NCBI GenBank assembly: GCA_964270895.1
Contig: OZ185440.1
Strand: one strand, 5' to 3'
Origin: Podarcis filfolensis
Lineage: Eukaryota
Length of the DNA stretch: 64,000 nt
In this document: in pieces, positions 26,050 to 37,970 of the stretch
How the letters are laid out: each line of letters opens with the position of its first letter
Numbering within the stretch: position 1 is the first letter of the stretch
Notes under the pieces: model-generated
Told to the model about the DNA's origin: nothing
The model's database searches: none
Seen by the model: only the letters and a program-made list of their open reading frames with translations
Position numbers and translations under genes: made by a program

Positions 26050-26427
26050 GCACATGGGTGTATACACATTTGTGCAACGCCATAACCTTCCACTGCAAAG
26101 AGGTTCTAGCATTTTGCTCTTTTATAGGTTTGAAGAGAAGGGAGAAATAAGCAGAGTGAGCCACACAACTAAGGCCCAGTAGAGATGAAGGCAACGATTA
26201 ATATGTCTCTTCTCAGAGGACTCTTTCCGAGGACTGAAGAAGCAGTTAAGTGCTGTAGTGTGTTCAGGCAAGTGGTTCTCACAAGCATGGAGTGGGCCTG
26301 TAGGGGGCTGGGGTGGATAAGAGGTTCACAATCCTCTGGCAGGCAGAGTCATTATTATCACATCTCTTCCTGCACATGAATTTATTGTTGTAATCCCCGA
26401 AAGAGTTATGATCGTTTGTTAAGTAGC

Positions 26428-26549
26428 AATTCAAAGGGGTTGGAGCATCTCCCCTATGAGGAAATATTATAACATTTGGGCCTTTTTGGTTTACGAAAAA
26501 AGGCAGCTAAGGGGATACATGGTAGAGATTTATATGATTAGGCATGGCT
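26428..26549 (+). mobile_element. CR1 LINE ORF2 C-terminal fragment
   Basis: Reads as degenerate KGLEHLPYEE.L..LGLF...KR.LRG.M.E.Y.I.HG, the CR1 ORF2 end motif. Confidence 0.7.
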
Positions 26550-29500
26550 GTGAGCTCTTTTAGTTCATACTATTTGCTTCTTTTGTCTGCCTGCCACTTT
26601 TATTAATATATTTTTATTGCTTTATTTGTGAGCTTGTTTTTAAAACAAAACAGGAGTTTCAAAACTGACAGGTGGGCTATCAAATATTTTATTTAAAAAC
26701 CAACAAACCCTGTACAGAAATTCATGCTCCAGTAGAAACAATTGATCCAGGAATAATGAGTCTATGCTTTCAGAGAGGAATTTTCTTTCTCAGGAAGTTC
26801 TGGATTTAACAAAGTCCAGAATGCCTGGAGTGCTCTCTGCTGGCACCAGGAAGAAAATGCATCTCTGTATGTTGTTTCATCCTAAAGGGTATCTCCATGA
26901 AAACTTATGCCATAATAAACATATTAGATTTAAAGGTGCCACAAGGCTTCGTTGGTTTTGCTCAAAAACAGTTAATCTTAGCTGTCTACATATGTTGTAC
27001 TCCAACCATCACACAAACATCCGTGTACACACAAATACACACACCTCCCAGTCTTAATCTGAGAGCTTAATCTGAGAATTTAGTTCCCAGATAATACTTG
27101 AAATAGTTTCTAAATATTCTGAGCCAAGCTTCCACTTCAGAGTTGAAAAACTAATCAACAAAATGCACACAATAAAAATGAGAATGAAAAAAACTATACA
27201 AAATTCTCAAGGCTGCCAAGAAGCAGTTGTTTCAGGAGAGCCACATTCCTGCAAAACAAACAGTATCTTTTAAACTACAAGTCCACAAAAATAGATGCTA
27301 CCACTCTGGTGCAACCCAAATATACTAATCTTTTACCTCATGCATCTGATGAAACTCACTCTAGTCCATGACTCTAGTTCATGCCACATTAAACTGGTCT
27401 TTAAGGTGTCACAAGACTTCATTTTTGCCAAATATAAAGGAAGATTACTTTAAGAACAAAAATCCAACAAGAACCAATAAAAGATTTCAAAATTTCCCTT
27501 CTATGTTCTAGTGGTGCTTCTTCCAGAAATCCTCCACTATGTAGCTGAAAGTTTGCGAAGACAGCTCTCAAACTCTCAGGGTTGGTACCTCAATGATGGA
27601 ATGTGCTTGGAAGTCAACTGACATTTCATTGCCAGGTTTAAACCTTCCTGTTTAGTCAGGTATTCGTGGAATGGCTATTCCAGTCTATTGCTGCAACCAG
27701 TGTGCCGTGGGCAACCAGACCTCTTTGGTTAGCCTAACAGGACATAATAGGACCAGCTCATCCCCAATCAACTGGCATTATTAGGAGGCATTACGGCCTC
27801 TCTACATGGAGATTTATCATCCATCGTATCTACACCTGGATGGGAATGGGTAAAGGTGAAAGTCAGAAAAGTTCATCCAGGCCCTCTTTCCGCCATGGCA
27901 AGAGGCAGAGAATATACACAGCCCTGATAATGCTAGCACCTGCCTGGAGAAGTCTCTTGCATACTGGTGTGTCCAGTTCTGTCATTGCCTGTAATATTTT
28001 ACACTACACTAGCAGCCAAAAGGAAGGGAGAGATCTGTACATGTATGTGTAATAAAAGGAGGAAAAAGATCTGTACATGTAAACTCAAAAGCTGAAAATT
28101 CAGAATTTTCCCTACCAAAAGTACCTAGTAAAGCAGCAAGACAAGAGGTGCCTGGCCTTTCCCAGGGGACCAAATTGAGACAACACAACAGAATGGTGAA
28201 AGCTCACAAGCCTGGCCACAAAGGTAGCCAGGCTGAACAGGGCATTATGTGATGGAGCAGATGGGTTGGAAGCAGCAGGAGCAGATGGACTGGCAAGACT
28301 AAGCCTTGCCCTTCAATTGCAAAGAGAAGAATGCCTTGTGCTTGCTACTTGAGCAACTCACGGCACTGCCCAGCTGGCCCAGAGCCACCTTCAGCAGCAA
28401 GCAGTTCAGCATGGCGGTCAGCTGCAAGAGGCGAGTTTGTATAACTCTGTATGGGTAATAGGCAACCGCAAACTGTATTCAATGGCCAGCGTTGTGTTGC
28501 TTTTACAGCAGATAAAATGTGCATCCATTTATTTTGAATAAACTAGCTTAATAGTCAAAGCACGCACACACAAAGTGAATGCTTGACTTACCACAGGAAG
28601 TCATTTTCTGCAAGGGATGAAGCCTTGGATGGGTTGTCCCTGCCACTCACTCCACTAGGGAAGATTATGCAAAGGGATGGATGGGGTGGCACCCTGAGTT
28701 AAGACAGTAGCCAACACTCAGTTCACAAGTGCCATAGCTAACAGAATACTACTCAAGAACAGCAAGGCACCCATCAAAATAGACTAGAGTAGAAATAAGA
28801 ACAAAAGCATAGTGGGGGGGAGTAAAAACAGTCCCACGGTCCGTTGTTCCTGGCAGGTGTATGTCTCAAGAGACAATGGAGTGTGCTTCTGGAGGTAAAG
28901 TCAAACCACTCCCTTAGCTGCACATGATGATTGTGATTGTACCAATTGTACAAGATCTACTCTCCCACAATCAACGTGAACCTGAAAATTATTTTACTAC
29001 TTAAAAACCCACAGACACTACATTACAGGGACCCCTGGATACTTTTGAGCCAGTGTTGAAAGCAAAACTGTTGCAATGGTGATTGCAAATCACCCGCAAA
29101 TGCAGGTGAATCAACAAGATAAGCAACCCACTTTGGCAGAAACTCTCAGGACAAATGAACACTAGAAATGAAAAGCTTGTGTTAATGGTTATTGCCTTTA
29201 GAAGCCCATCTGAGTTCTCTGTGAAGCTCCTGGAGTCAGGAAACAACGACCATACACTTCCATGAAATCCATAGAATCTAGGAATTTGCCGTGCTGGAGT
29301 GTCTTCACTATTGTCTTGAGGTTTTCCATGTGTTTGCTTACTTTAAGTCAAAGAAAATGAAGTCAATACCCAATAATGTTTTCCGGCTAAGTTTCGGATC
29401 CACAACCTGCTCAGTGTCCCAAGATCCAAGGATAAAGCATGTACCTAATGGTAATCGGTGGGGTTAGACAACTTTCCTGAAAGCTTTGAAATCAGCCAGT

Positions 29501-29772
29501 TAACTATGGCAGAAGCGTCTACTGCTAGCTGAAACTTCCATGCCACAGCAAGATATCGCGGTCTCAACAGAATTTGTGCAGTAATCCCCACATTTAAGCT
29601 TCTTTCTTTTTCTTTTTCAGGGTCAGGAGGGGACTAATAGAAGGCATAGAGGGAACAGATTGAGGAATAAAGAAGCATCTTCTTGTCCTTGATTCTATTA
29701 AATACATATTCCAAGGCTTCTCAAAGGATTTCCTGTCAAAGAAAGAAGCAAATTTACCTTTTATTTTAACTA

Positions 29773-30014
29773 CAGTGGAACCTTGGTTCTCGAACTTAAT
29801 CCGTTCTGGAAGTCCGTTCAACTCCCAAAACCATTCGAAAACCAAGGCACGGCTTCCAATTGGCTGCAGGAGCTTCCTGCGCTCAAGCAGAAGCAACGTC
29901 AGACGTTGAGCTTCCGAAAAACATTCAAAAACCGGAACACTTACTTCCGGGTTTTCAGCGTTCGGGAGCCAATTTGTTCGTCAACTAAGCTGTTTGAGAA
30001 CCAAGATACTACTG
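29773..30014. mobile_element. Tc1/mariner-pogo-type MITE (same family as 2125-2366)
   Basis: TA|cagtggaaccttggttctcgaac ... gagaaccaagatactactg|TA. Confidence 0.85.
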
Positions 30015-31994
30015 TATACCCTTTCCTTATTATTGAACTAAAGATTCAGGCAGGAAAAAGAAAACAGCATTGAAGTTTTTATCTACCGTCATGGAAAAGC
30101 CTTAGCCAACATAGAAATTATAGAGAACTGGAATGCAGGTTCCAGGTGTTTATTAGGTCAATGAACTGAATGAAACCTTGATTTAAAAAACAGAGGCAAT
30201 CATAATGTTTTGATGGTTATGGCTAAGGCTCATGAGACTTGAGAAAGAACAAGCTCATATGGCTATATGGCTACCATCTAGAAGGAAACCATTCTAACTC
30301 CTCATGGATTCATCAGATAATTCTAATTCAATTAGTTCCACAGAGCTAAAGTTTAATTTTTTAAAAAAGTTTTCAAAGTCATTTGTCTCTACCCTAAGGC
30401 TCACTGCCCTTATCAGTTGCTGAAGAGGGCGTGTAACTTCTCCACAGTAGTAGCCCTCGGACTCTTTTCGTTTTTCACATCTCATCTGTTTCAGGGTGTA
30501 GAGAGGATGATCTGACAGAGTTAACTTCCAAGGACTTCTCCCTTGCTAGATCAATCCAGGGAGCTAAGCCCCTCTTAGCAACCAGACAGAGCTGAGTTTC
30601 TCAACCACGTTGAAGTACTGGCATTGCAGAAAGGTGGCTCATATTAGGGATGAGAGGACCCTTCATATTTAGTAGGCTCTGGGAAGGAAGTCATACTGCT
30701 GTGGGTGCACTTTACTCCCTGCATCCTGGATTCCCAGCAGATCCCTCTGGGTGGTCTGGAACCTGATGGGCCTTACTGACCCTCGGCAGCTCACCTACCA
30801 CTTTCAACAGGTCTGCCTGCACCAAGCAGAAACCCCGAACGCTGAGGCAGTCTGGGCTCCCCTTGCCTCCATGGAAGACTCAATTGGCAGAATGGGACTG
30901 CTCACTCTTTCACAAGTGGCAAAAATAGAGCGCTGACTTCAATTCCTGTAAATCAGGCATTGCTGAGGTAGCTGACTGTTCATTCAACCTTCACAACAGA
31001 AGCAAAAGCAACAGTGACATTCATCTCTCCCTGCATTGCCCCAGAGGGTAGAGGAAGGAAATACAGAGGGCCAATGCCCAAGGTGGCTCTGAATGAGAGA
31101 AGGACACCCAAGATCTGCTCTGGGAACTAGGCAGGAAGAAATTAAGGGTGAACTTCAATTTAGGATGTCACTAAATTGCATGATGGTGCCTTCTGGAGCG
31201 AGAGAGACAAGCCATCTGAAGATCCCCTCCTCCACAGCAGGAAATAGTACTATTGATGCCGTGAGGCATTATGGGAAGAAACCAGACAACCTTTCATATC
31301 AAGTTCTTGGCATTTCATTATGAGACAACATAGATTAGTTTCTCTAACTGCTTTCCATTCTTATACTCTCAAGACTTTGCCAATGACTGTACATAATCTG
31401 AATTGTGCATGACACGCTTTTAGTCTGTGTTGTAACACAAGGCCCACATATTTATACTCAGTTGCAAAACAGCGAGTGAAATGTAGGCGGAGGGCACTTG
31501 TGCAGAGGAACACAACATGTGTTCATAAATAGAAGAGCTCTCTTCAGTCCCATTTGCAATCAAAGCACAAAGGGGAATTGTCTACTTTAAAGATTTTACT
31601 CTTATACAGCACTTTCAAGATACTTCATTTTACATCCATCAAAAGGCTCAGATGTCTTCTGAATATAGTTTAACTGGAAGCATTATTTCTGAAGGAATGT
31701 TGAAGATACTCCCATTTTTGTTTACTGTTCCATACCAATAATTGCGTTGTAACTGACCCTCTAAAACAATAGTCCATATTTTCAGGAAGGCTTTTCAGTT
31801 TACAAAAGAATACTCCATTTGAAAGATTCTTCCTTTTCTAATTTAATAGAAATAACCAAAACAAGTGGTTTTCAAAACAATTCTTTTTAAAACTGTTCTA
31901 AGTACAACTGCTACACCACATTCCAGAGCATTTAACAAGAAATATTTACAGGCTGCTAAATGTATTAAATAATCATGTAAAGGGGAAAAATGCC

Positions 31995-32000
31995 TTTATT
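31995..32000 (-). terminator. Candidate distal polyadenylation signal
   Basis: AATAAA on the minus strand followed by U-rich sequence (ggcatttttcccctttacatg). Confidence 0.6.
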
Positions 32001-32812
32001 ACACACCAGCCAAAAAACACAGGAACTGAACAATTAGAAACGTTAACTTGTTTTTAAAAAATTAAATATTATTCAGAGAATACATTACCACAGAAACAGC
32101 ACTTTTTTGAAGAATCAGTAAAGTTAACTATGTGCAAAAAGTACCAGTTTTAATTACCAGAAATAATATTGGGAATGGAACCCTTTGATTTGCAGGTTTA
32201 CATATAAAATTAAAACAGGCTTTCAATTGCACAAATCTTTATAGACCTGTTATATACATCTTTAATGGTATTTTGAACTGAAGAAATGCCCACATCTGCA
32301 GGCCTTTTACAAACATGCATCACCTTCCATTTTGAAATTTATGTTCACACTAAGGGGAATGAGAGGTCTATGTTTGCATTTCTTTGTACAAAGTCACAAA
32401 TCATGTCAAAAGAAAGCACCAGCTCCTCAGCTTTAAAGGTACTCAAATAGAAAGGGGCAAACTGCATTTTTAAATTGTAAATCAGTTACTAAGTTAAGAA
32501 CCAAAACAGCGTTTTATCAAAGCTATTTTGATTCAGACACGTTTTAAAAGAAGAGAGAGGGACAAATAGGCAAAAACCACAAAAGCTACAATGGATGGAG
32601 TTACTGCACGTGCAACTTTGGAAAGGAAAAGTGATGGCCATATCTGACATCACAAGTCTTATGCATTAGTCTGAAATATGTCTATTTAAATTGTGGCATA
32701 TAAAGTTTTTAAAAAAGTACCTCCGTTATTTACTCAAACACCTACTTTTTAAAAAAATATGTTAACTTTTCCCCAATTTTTAAAATAAAATGCCACACTA
32801 TTAACTGCACAC

Positions 32813-32818
32813 TTTATT
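32813..32818 (-). terminator. Candidate polyadenylation signal
   Basis: AATAAA on the minus strand followed by gtgtgcagttaatagtgtggcattttatttt. Confidence 0.4.
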
Positions 32819-34054
32819 ATTTTTTTAAAAGCTAGACTTGGGTGATACACATACAAACTCTCCTATAAAACCACTACCCAAAGGAAAAGGATTCCTGCCA
32901 TGCTAAAGAGGCAACAGACAAAGCAGTCTTATTGCTTTTTCCTAGGAAAAGGAGGGGAAAAAGGAAAAAAGAAAAAGCCTACAACCAGTACATTACATAC
33001 TCAACTTCAACATACTGTTGCCATTACCTACACTTCAATAGGACTGGCGAAGGAAACTAAGTTATACAACAGAACGGCAAATTGGGGTGATTCATTAAAA
33101 AATATTGGTTGGTTGCAGTGGCTTGCAGAAATGTTTATAAAACATTCCACTTATCTATCCAGTGCTCAGTATGCCGACAGTCAATGCCACATCAAGTAGT
33201 ATTAATGGGAATCTTTTCACATGAAAAAAAAGGCTATCTACATTTAACAGCATTTCTACTTTTAAAAGCTAGCGCGGGGAAACACCCTTTTTTGGATAGT
33301 AATTCAGCCTTAATAGTATATGGTAGGACACTTAATTCCAGGGCACAGTTAAGTAAGACCTGAACATACTTAGCTGGTTAAACTAACACTAATTACTAGT
33401 AATTACATGGCAGGGGACCTGCTGAGGTAATTGAGAAGTCCACAGTCAGCACGCTGCATACTTGTCGTCCTTCCTGTTTCAAAGCAAACTGCCTTTTTTC
33501 TTCTTTGGATTAACTTAAACTTTCAGAACATATACAACCAACAGGAGAGATTTGAATTATTATTATTATTTTACAGGAACATTTAAAATCAGAGCGCAAG
33601 AGTCAAATTAAGTGACAAGAGTATCTTGGGACCATTTGGAACCATAACACAGTTAAGTTATATTGTAATTATGCAGCACAGGTAAATCCATATCGCATGC
33701 AAGTGAAGCTCCACTATTCATTTCAAACCAGATACAAAAGTGTGTTCTCAATCCCAGTATAGCTCAGTTATTGCACAAACATCCATGGACTGCCAAATGC
33801 AGGTTGATCTTGAATGCACATTAAACATACAAGGTGGCAGGAAATTTACTCTGGCTTAACAAATCTTGCGAACACTAAGAAAAGTACACAATCTAAAAAT
33901 GGGGCACAAAACGTATTTGTCTACTTCCTGCATCCTTCAGGAATACATCCTAGTGATTTGTAAAATTTGTGTAGAACTTTCTGATCTACTACATTCCAAG
34001 CAGATAATCAAAGGGAAAGAGCAACCCAAAAACCAACGTGTATGAAAAAAGCTA

Positions 34055-34060
34055 TTTATT
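34055..34060 (-). terminator. Candidate polyadenylation signal
   Basis: AATAAA on the minus strand with a downstream GU/U-rich stretch (gttggtttttgggttg). Confidence 0.5.
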
Positions 34061-35117
34061 CATTCTTTTGTAAATAATAAATCCTTACAACTGCAGAACA
34101 CTACCATTCTCTATCTGCACTGAACTTTGCAAAGTTGCAAGACTGCAAAAAAGTCAAACGATTGCCAAATGCCACCAGCACCAGCAAAGCAGGTTCCTGT
34201 ATATAGTTTAGTTACATTCCTCAAAAGAACGGGTCTTCTACTTTTACATGTAGCATGGAAATATGGGTGATTAGCCTAAGAGTTCTGAAAAGAAAGTATG
34301 CTGACAAAATTGCAGCTTTCAGGTAATATGGAAAGCCAGGTTGTCAAAATGTTCTTCAAAGTACAGGAAAAATATAGATGCCATGGAAACTACAAAATAC
34401 ATAAATTTTAAGATTCATGGCGCATATTCCATTGCAAATTGGGGCGCTAGAAAATACAGTGTATGTTATTAAGTACTTTGCTCTATACTGCCTTACTGAC
34501 ATGCAGCGGTTTTACCAAAATGTCAGTTAAAAGCGCATCTACTAAACTTGTGGGAGCTTGTGAGAAAGTCAACACATTAACAGATGGAACAAGCTCTCAC
34601 TTTTTACATATTATCACTTCAACTGAGCATAGATGGTAACATTCAAGCCCATCTGTGCCGGTTTTTTCCACATAAGAACTTCCTTGCTCCATGACCTTGT
34701 TCAAAGATTTTCTTTTAATTTTTTGTGCTGTGTGTGTCTGTGGTAGGCGACCCAATGTACTGAAAAACATGACAGCCCAGTTTCAATGTTACCCTCGATG
34801 AATGGAAAAGACATCAACCTAGGACTTGCTTCTACTGTTACAGCTGACCTTCCATCAGCAAAAGGAATGTTTGACCAAGTTATTAAAGAGGGCAATGATA
34901 ATTATATTCAGATACAGACAATTTAGAATTAGTTAGGCAAAAACCTTTGGAAAACACCTTGTAAATCCAAAAGTTCTGTTGGATGCTCCTACTCTAAATG
35001 CAATGTTAATGATGATCCAAAAAAGTGAATCAAAGCCATAAAGTATCTTTTAACTACTTTCCCCAGTTACAGATCCAGTTACATCCTGTCTGCACACAGA
35101 AAATGAAAACACACATT

Positions 35118-35123
35118 TTTATT
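35118..35123 (-). terminator. Candidate proximal polyadenylation signal
   Basis: AATAAA on the minus strand followed by tgtgtgttttcattttctgtgtg. Confidence 0.5.
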
Positions 35124-35301
35124 AAAATTCTCTGCATCAATGAGACAACACATTGTGCAATAGAATCTATTCATCAATTCCTTTATATGCTGTGAACCAT
35201 TTCCCATGATGAATTTACTCAGTGTTACAAAAATTTACATTTTGGTCACCATTGTATGGTCTGCATTTTTGAAACTGTCGCAAAAATATGCTGTACAGGG
35301 G

Positions 35302-36217
35302 CAGGGCCGTAGCTAGGGGATGGTGAGGTGGGGCCCCACCAGGGGCGCAGGCGAGGGGGGTGTAAAAGTGGCTGCTGAGATCTTCCGCCAGGCAACCTGT
35401 CCAGCCAGCGCTCCCTGCCCAAAGCTCAGACGCGGCGGGGAAGAGGGTGTGCTGGGCAGCGGCTGCTCTCGGCTGCCCCCTTGCCCCTCCTGGCAGCTGG
35501 GCAGTCTGGTGGGGGAGCCTGCGCATGCCCCAAACGCCCCATCCCGTTTGGCCATGAGGCGCCGGCTCTGCCTCTCCCAGACCTCACTCAGGGTCATGGC
35601 TGGGAAGGTCCACCAGCCTCAGCCCCTGACACTGCCTGGCCCACCTCACTGCCTGCGCCCCTGCCTCTCCGGGCGCGGGGGAGAGCCGCCAGCTTCAAAG
35701 CCTGCCTACTCCAGAGTCACTTCTCTCTCTCTCTCTCTCCTTTCGCACACCCTCCCTCAAGGGTGCCAACTTGAATAAAATATATGGGGGGGCAGGTAAG
35801 CACCGCCCTGTAAAATCGACATGCACACTAACTTAATGACAATGCTCATTAACTGGGGGGCAGGGGAACCTCCTCAAATATTTTAAGGGAAGGTCAAAGA
35901 ACCTTGGCCCCAAGGAGTTGGCTCCCATGCCCTTCTCCCTATTAAAGTGAAGTGCTCCCCACTTTATGTGATTTCACTTATGCAGGCAGGGGCCCGGAAC
36001 ATAACCTGTGCGTAAGTAGGGAGATGGCTATATACCGTCATCTAGGTCGGCCTTCCCCATCTTGGTGTCCTCCTTCAATCAGAATTAATTACAAAAAAGA
36101 ATGGGTGCAGGGTTGGGGTTGGAGGAGAGGCAGAAAGAAGAGCTAATTTGTTCATGGCTAGGGAGCGCAATCTGGACGGTTCTGCCAGGGGCGCAAGATC
36201 ACCTAATTTCGGCTCTG
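35302..36217. mobile_element. 916-bp GC-rich non-autonomous hAT-type element inside the probable 3'UTR
   Basis: Imperfect TIRs cagggccgtagctagg / cctaatttcggctctg; 8-bp flanks TACAGGGG (35294-35301) and TACAAGGG (36218-36225), one mismatch; ccaggggcgca near both ends. Confidence 0.75.
35758..35929. mobile_element. MITE nested within the hAT-type element
   Basis: 14-bp TIRs caagggtgccaact / agttggctcccatg (two mismatches); no clear TSD. Confidence 0.6.
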
Positions 36218-37624
36218 TACAAGGGCTTGAAATTGTATCCTCTAGTGCTGTTCAATACAAACCAGATAGGGAATTTTACCTGTTTGACAGAAGATTACAA
36301 TAACACAGCAATATTTCTGCTCTCGGTGTTTCCACTGAGGCAGAACTGAAGAGCTTCCTTACATGCAGATTACCACAATTGGGGCTGGCCCATTTTCATC
36401 ACCTACCCAGAAATCACTTGTCTGATACACTGGTCCATGCAAATTTTCTGTTTTAAGGGTGAACAACTAACTCTGTCTCAATAGACTCTTTTCTTGTCAT
36501 TTAAGCTGCTTCTGAAGAAAACTCTGAGTAGCTCTAACGGAATAATAAAAGAACATCAAACTATGAACTCAGTTTTAGAAATAAACAACATATTACAAAT
36601 CTGTTCTTGATTAGGAACATTAGTAAGAATACATATTAGCTTAAAAACAGACTAGCAAATGTTGCTGTCTGAAAGGATTTACAATACCACTATTTACAAA
36701 TAAGACAGAGTGAATACAGAAAATTTTACACATTTGGTAGTTGACAAAGTTACTGTTTGCTGATAGTGGTCTATCAGAAACTGATATTAGGGAAGACTGG
36801 ACAGTCACCAACTATTAACTTCATGGTCTAATTCTGATATTATTAGGATCTATATAACCAGTATTGCAGCCAACATCCTGCCTTTCAAGGGAAGAAAAAT
36901 AGGATTAATAAATTCCAAGAGGATACTCACTTAAGTATTCTGTGCATAGGACTTCCACTCAAGACCACGAAAAGCATTAACTGCAACCATACTTAATGAA
37001 GCACATATGAAGAACTTGCACTCCTGCATTCTCCAATTCAAAATGTTTTAATGATCAAGTCACGATACTTCTATACACAGTCAGTAAAAGGAAGCAGAAC
37101 CCAGCTATTTGACCCAACGCAGAATATGATACTCGCAATACCACTTAGATGAGACGATGAATAAAAACAATCCAATTCACACCTACGGTTGCATGAAGAG
37201 GATCTTGAGGAAGGTTTCTTGCAGTTTAAACTGCTGCCTAGCATGGAAGCAAACATGACTGCCTTGGTCCAGTCTTTCAAAAATGGTTACTAAGTAGTGA
37301 CAAGAGTTCACTGTTCATACAAATGTTGTGATATAAAACTCGTTTCTTTATCAACATTCATCCCACACACAAATCTGAGAAATGAGGGAGTATTCTCAAG
37401 TGAAAAATGAAAATTCAAACACTAAAAACAAAAAAACCGGAACAGAAGTTGAAAGCTTTCCCCCCCTTTTTGACAAGTATGTTTCTGTACAAATGCTTTT
37501 TGTATTCTAATACTGTCTGAACACTATCAGCTTCAATAAGATGGCCACTGAAGGCAAGATAATATTCCAGGAACACTTAAATATGTTTCTCTTTTTACAA
37601 TAGTTTATGTCCGTTTTAATCAGG

Positions 37625-37837
37625 TTACTTTATATGCACCGGTCTCTCATCCGATTTTAGACGCTTTCTACGCGGCTGTATAAAATCTTCATCGGAGTCA
37701 TCTGTTATTTCAGCATCGTCCTCTTCTTGCTCAAATTCAGGTAAAGGCTGGAAGGTCCTGTCTGGGTAGATCTCTGTAAGTTTATCTTCAAAGTATAACG
37801 CAACTGCCTTCCCTGCCTGTGCTACTTCTGAATCACC
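37625..37837 (-). CDS. TRIM33: TRIM33 last coding exon (eq. exon 20): bromodomain helix C, acidic tract, NLS, stop
   Basis: ttttcag|GGT GAT ... AAG TAA; GDSEVAQAGKAVALYFEDKLTEIY...PRRKRLKSDERPVHIK*. Confidence 0.98.
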   Translation of the reverse strand, partial: GDSEVAQAGKAVALYFEDKLTEIYPDRTFQPLPEFEQEEDDAEITDDSDEDFIQPRRKRLKSDERPVHIK

Positions 37838-37919
37838 CTGAAAAGTAAAAAGATAGTAACACATCACCCATTGGTAATGCACATCCCTTCAGCAAGTGAG
37901 CATGGTCTGAAACGCTTAC

Positions 37920-37970
37920 CTTAAAATTAATTTCTTGTGTTTCTGCATAAACTTGAACAACTTTCATCAT
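37920..37970 (-). CDS. TRIM33: TRIM33 51-nt cassette exon (eq. exon 19; alpha-isoform bromodomain insert)
   Basis: tttttag|ATG ATG AAA ... TTT AAG|gtaagc; MMKVVQVYAETQEINFK (17 aa, phase 0-0); matches the 17-aa segment that separates mammalian TRIM33-alpha from -beta. Confidence 0.93.

Larger units (their letters stand above)
31975..37624 (-). other. TRIM33: Probable long TRIM33 3'UTR (about 5.6 kb)
   Basis: AT-rich, mostly repeat-poor sequence after the stop codon, with several minus-strand AATAAA signals. The distal end is inferred from the AATAAA at 31995-32000; the exact end is not known. Confidence 0.65.

Noticed and set aside
1-31900. A protein-coding gene or processed pseudogene in the left half
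   Set aside because: None of the listed ORFs resembles a known protein apart from TE remnants, and I found no chain of phase-consistent exons. Very small exons or lncRNAs cannot be excluded by eye.
35336-35349. CCACCAGGGGCGC as a CTCF site
   Set aside because: One G short of the core consensus, and the same ccaggggcgca recurs near the other end of the element as a subterminal motif.
35215-35778. Overlapping GC-rich ORFs, or a CpG-island promoter
   Set aside because: The GC-rich part lies within a TIR- and TSD-bounded transposon; high GC content explains the stop-poor frames.
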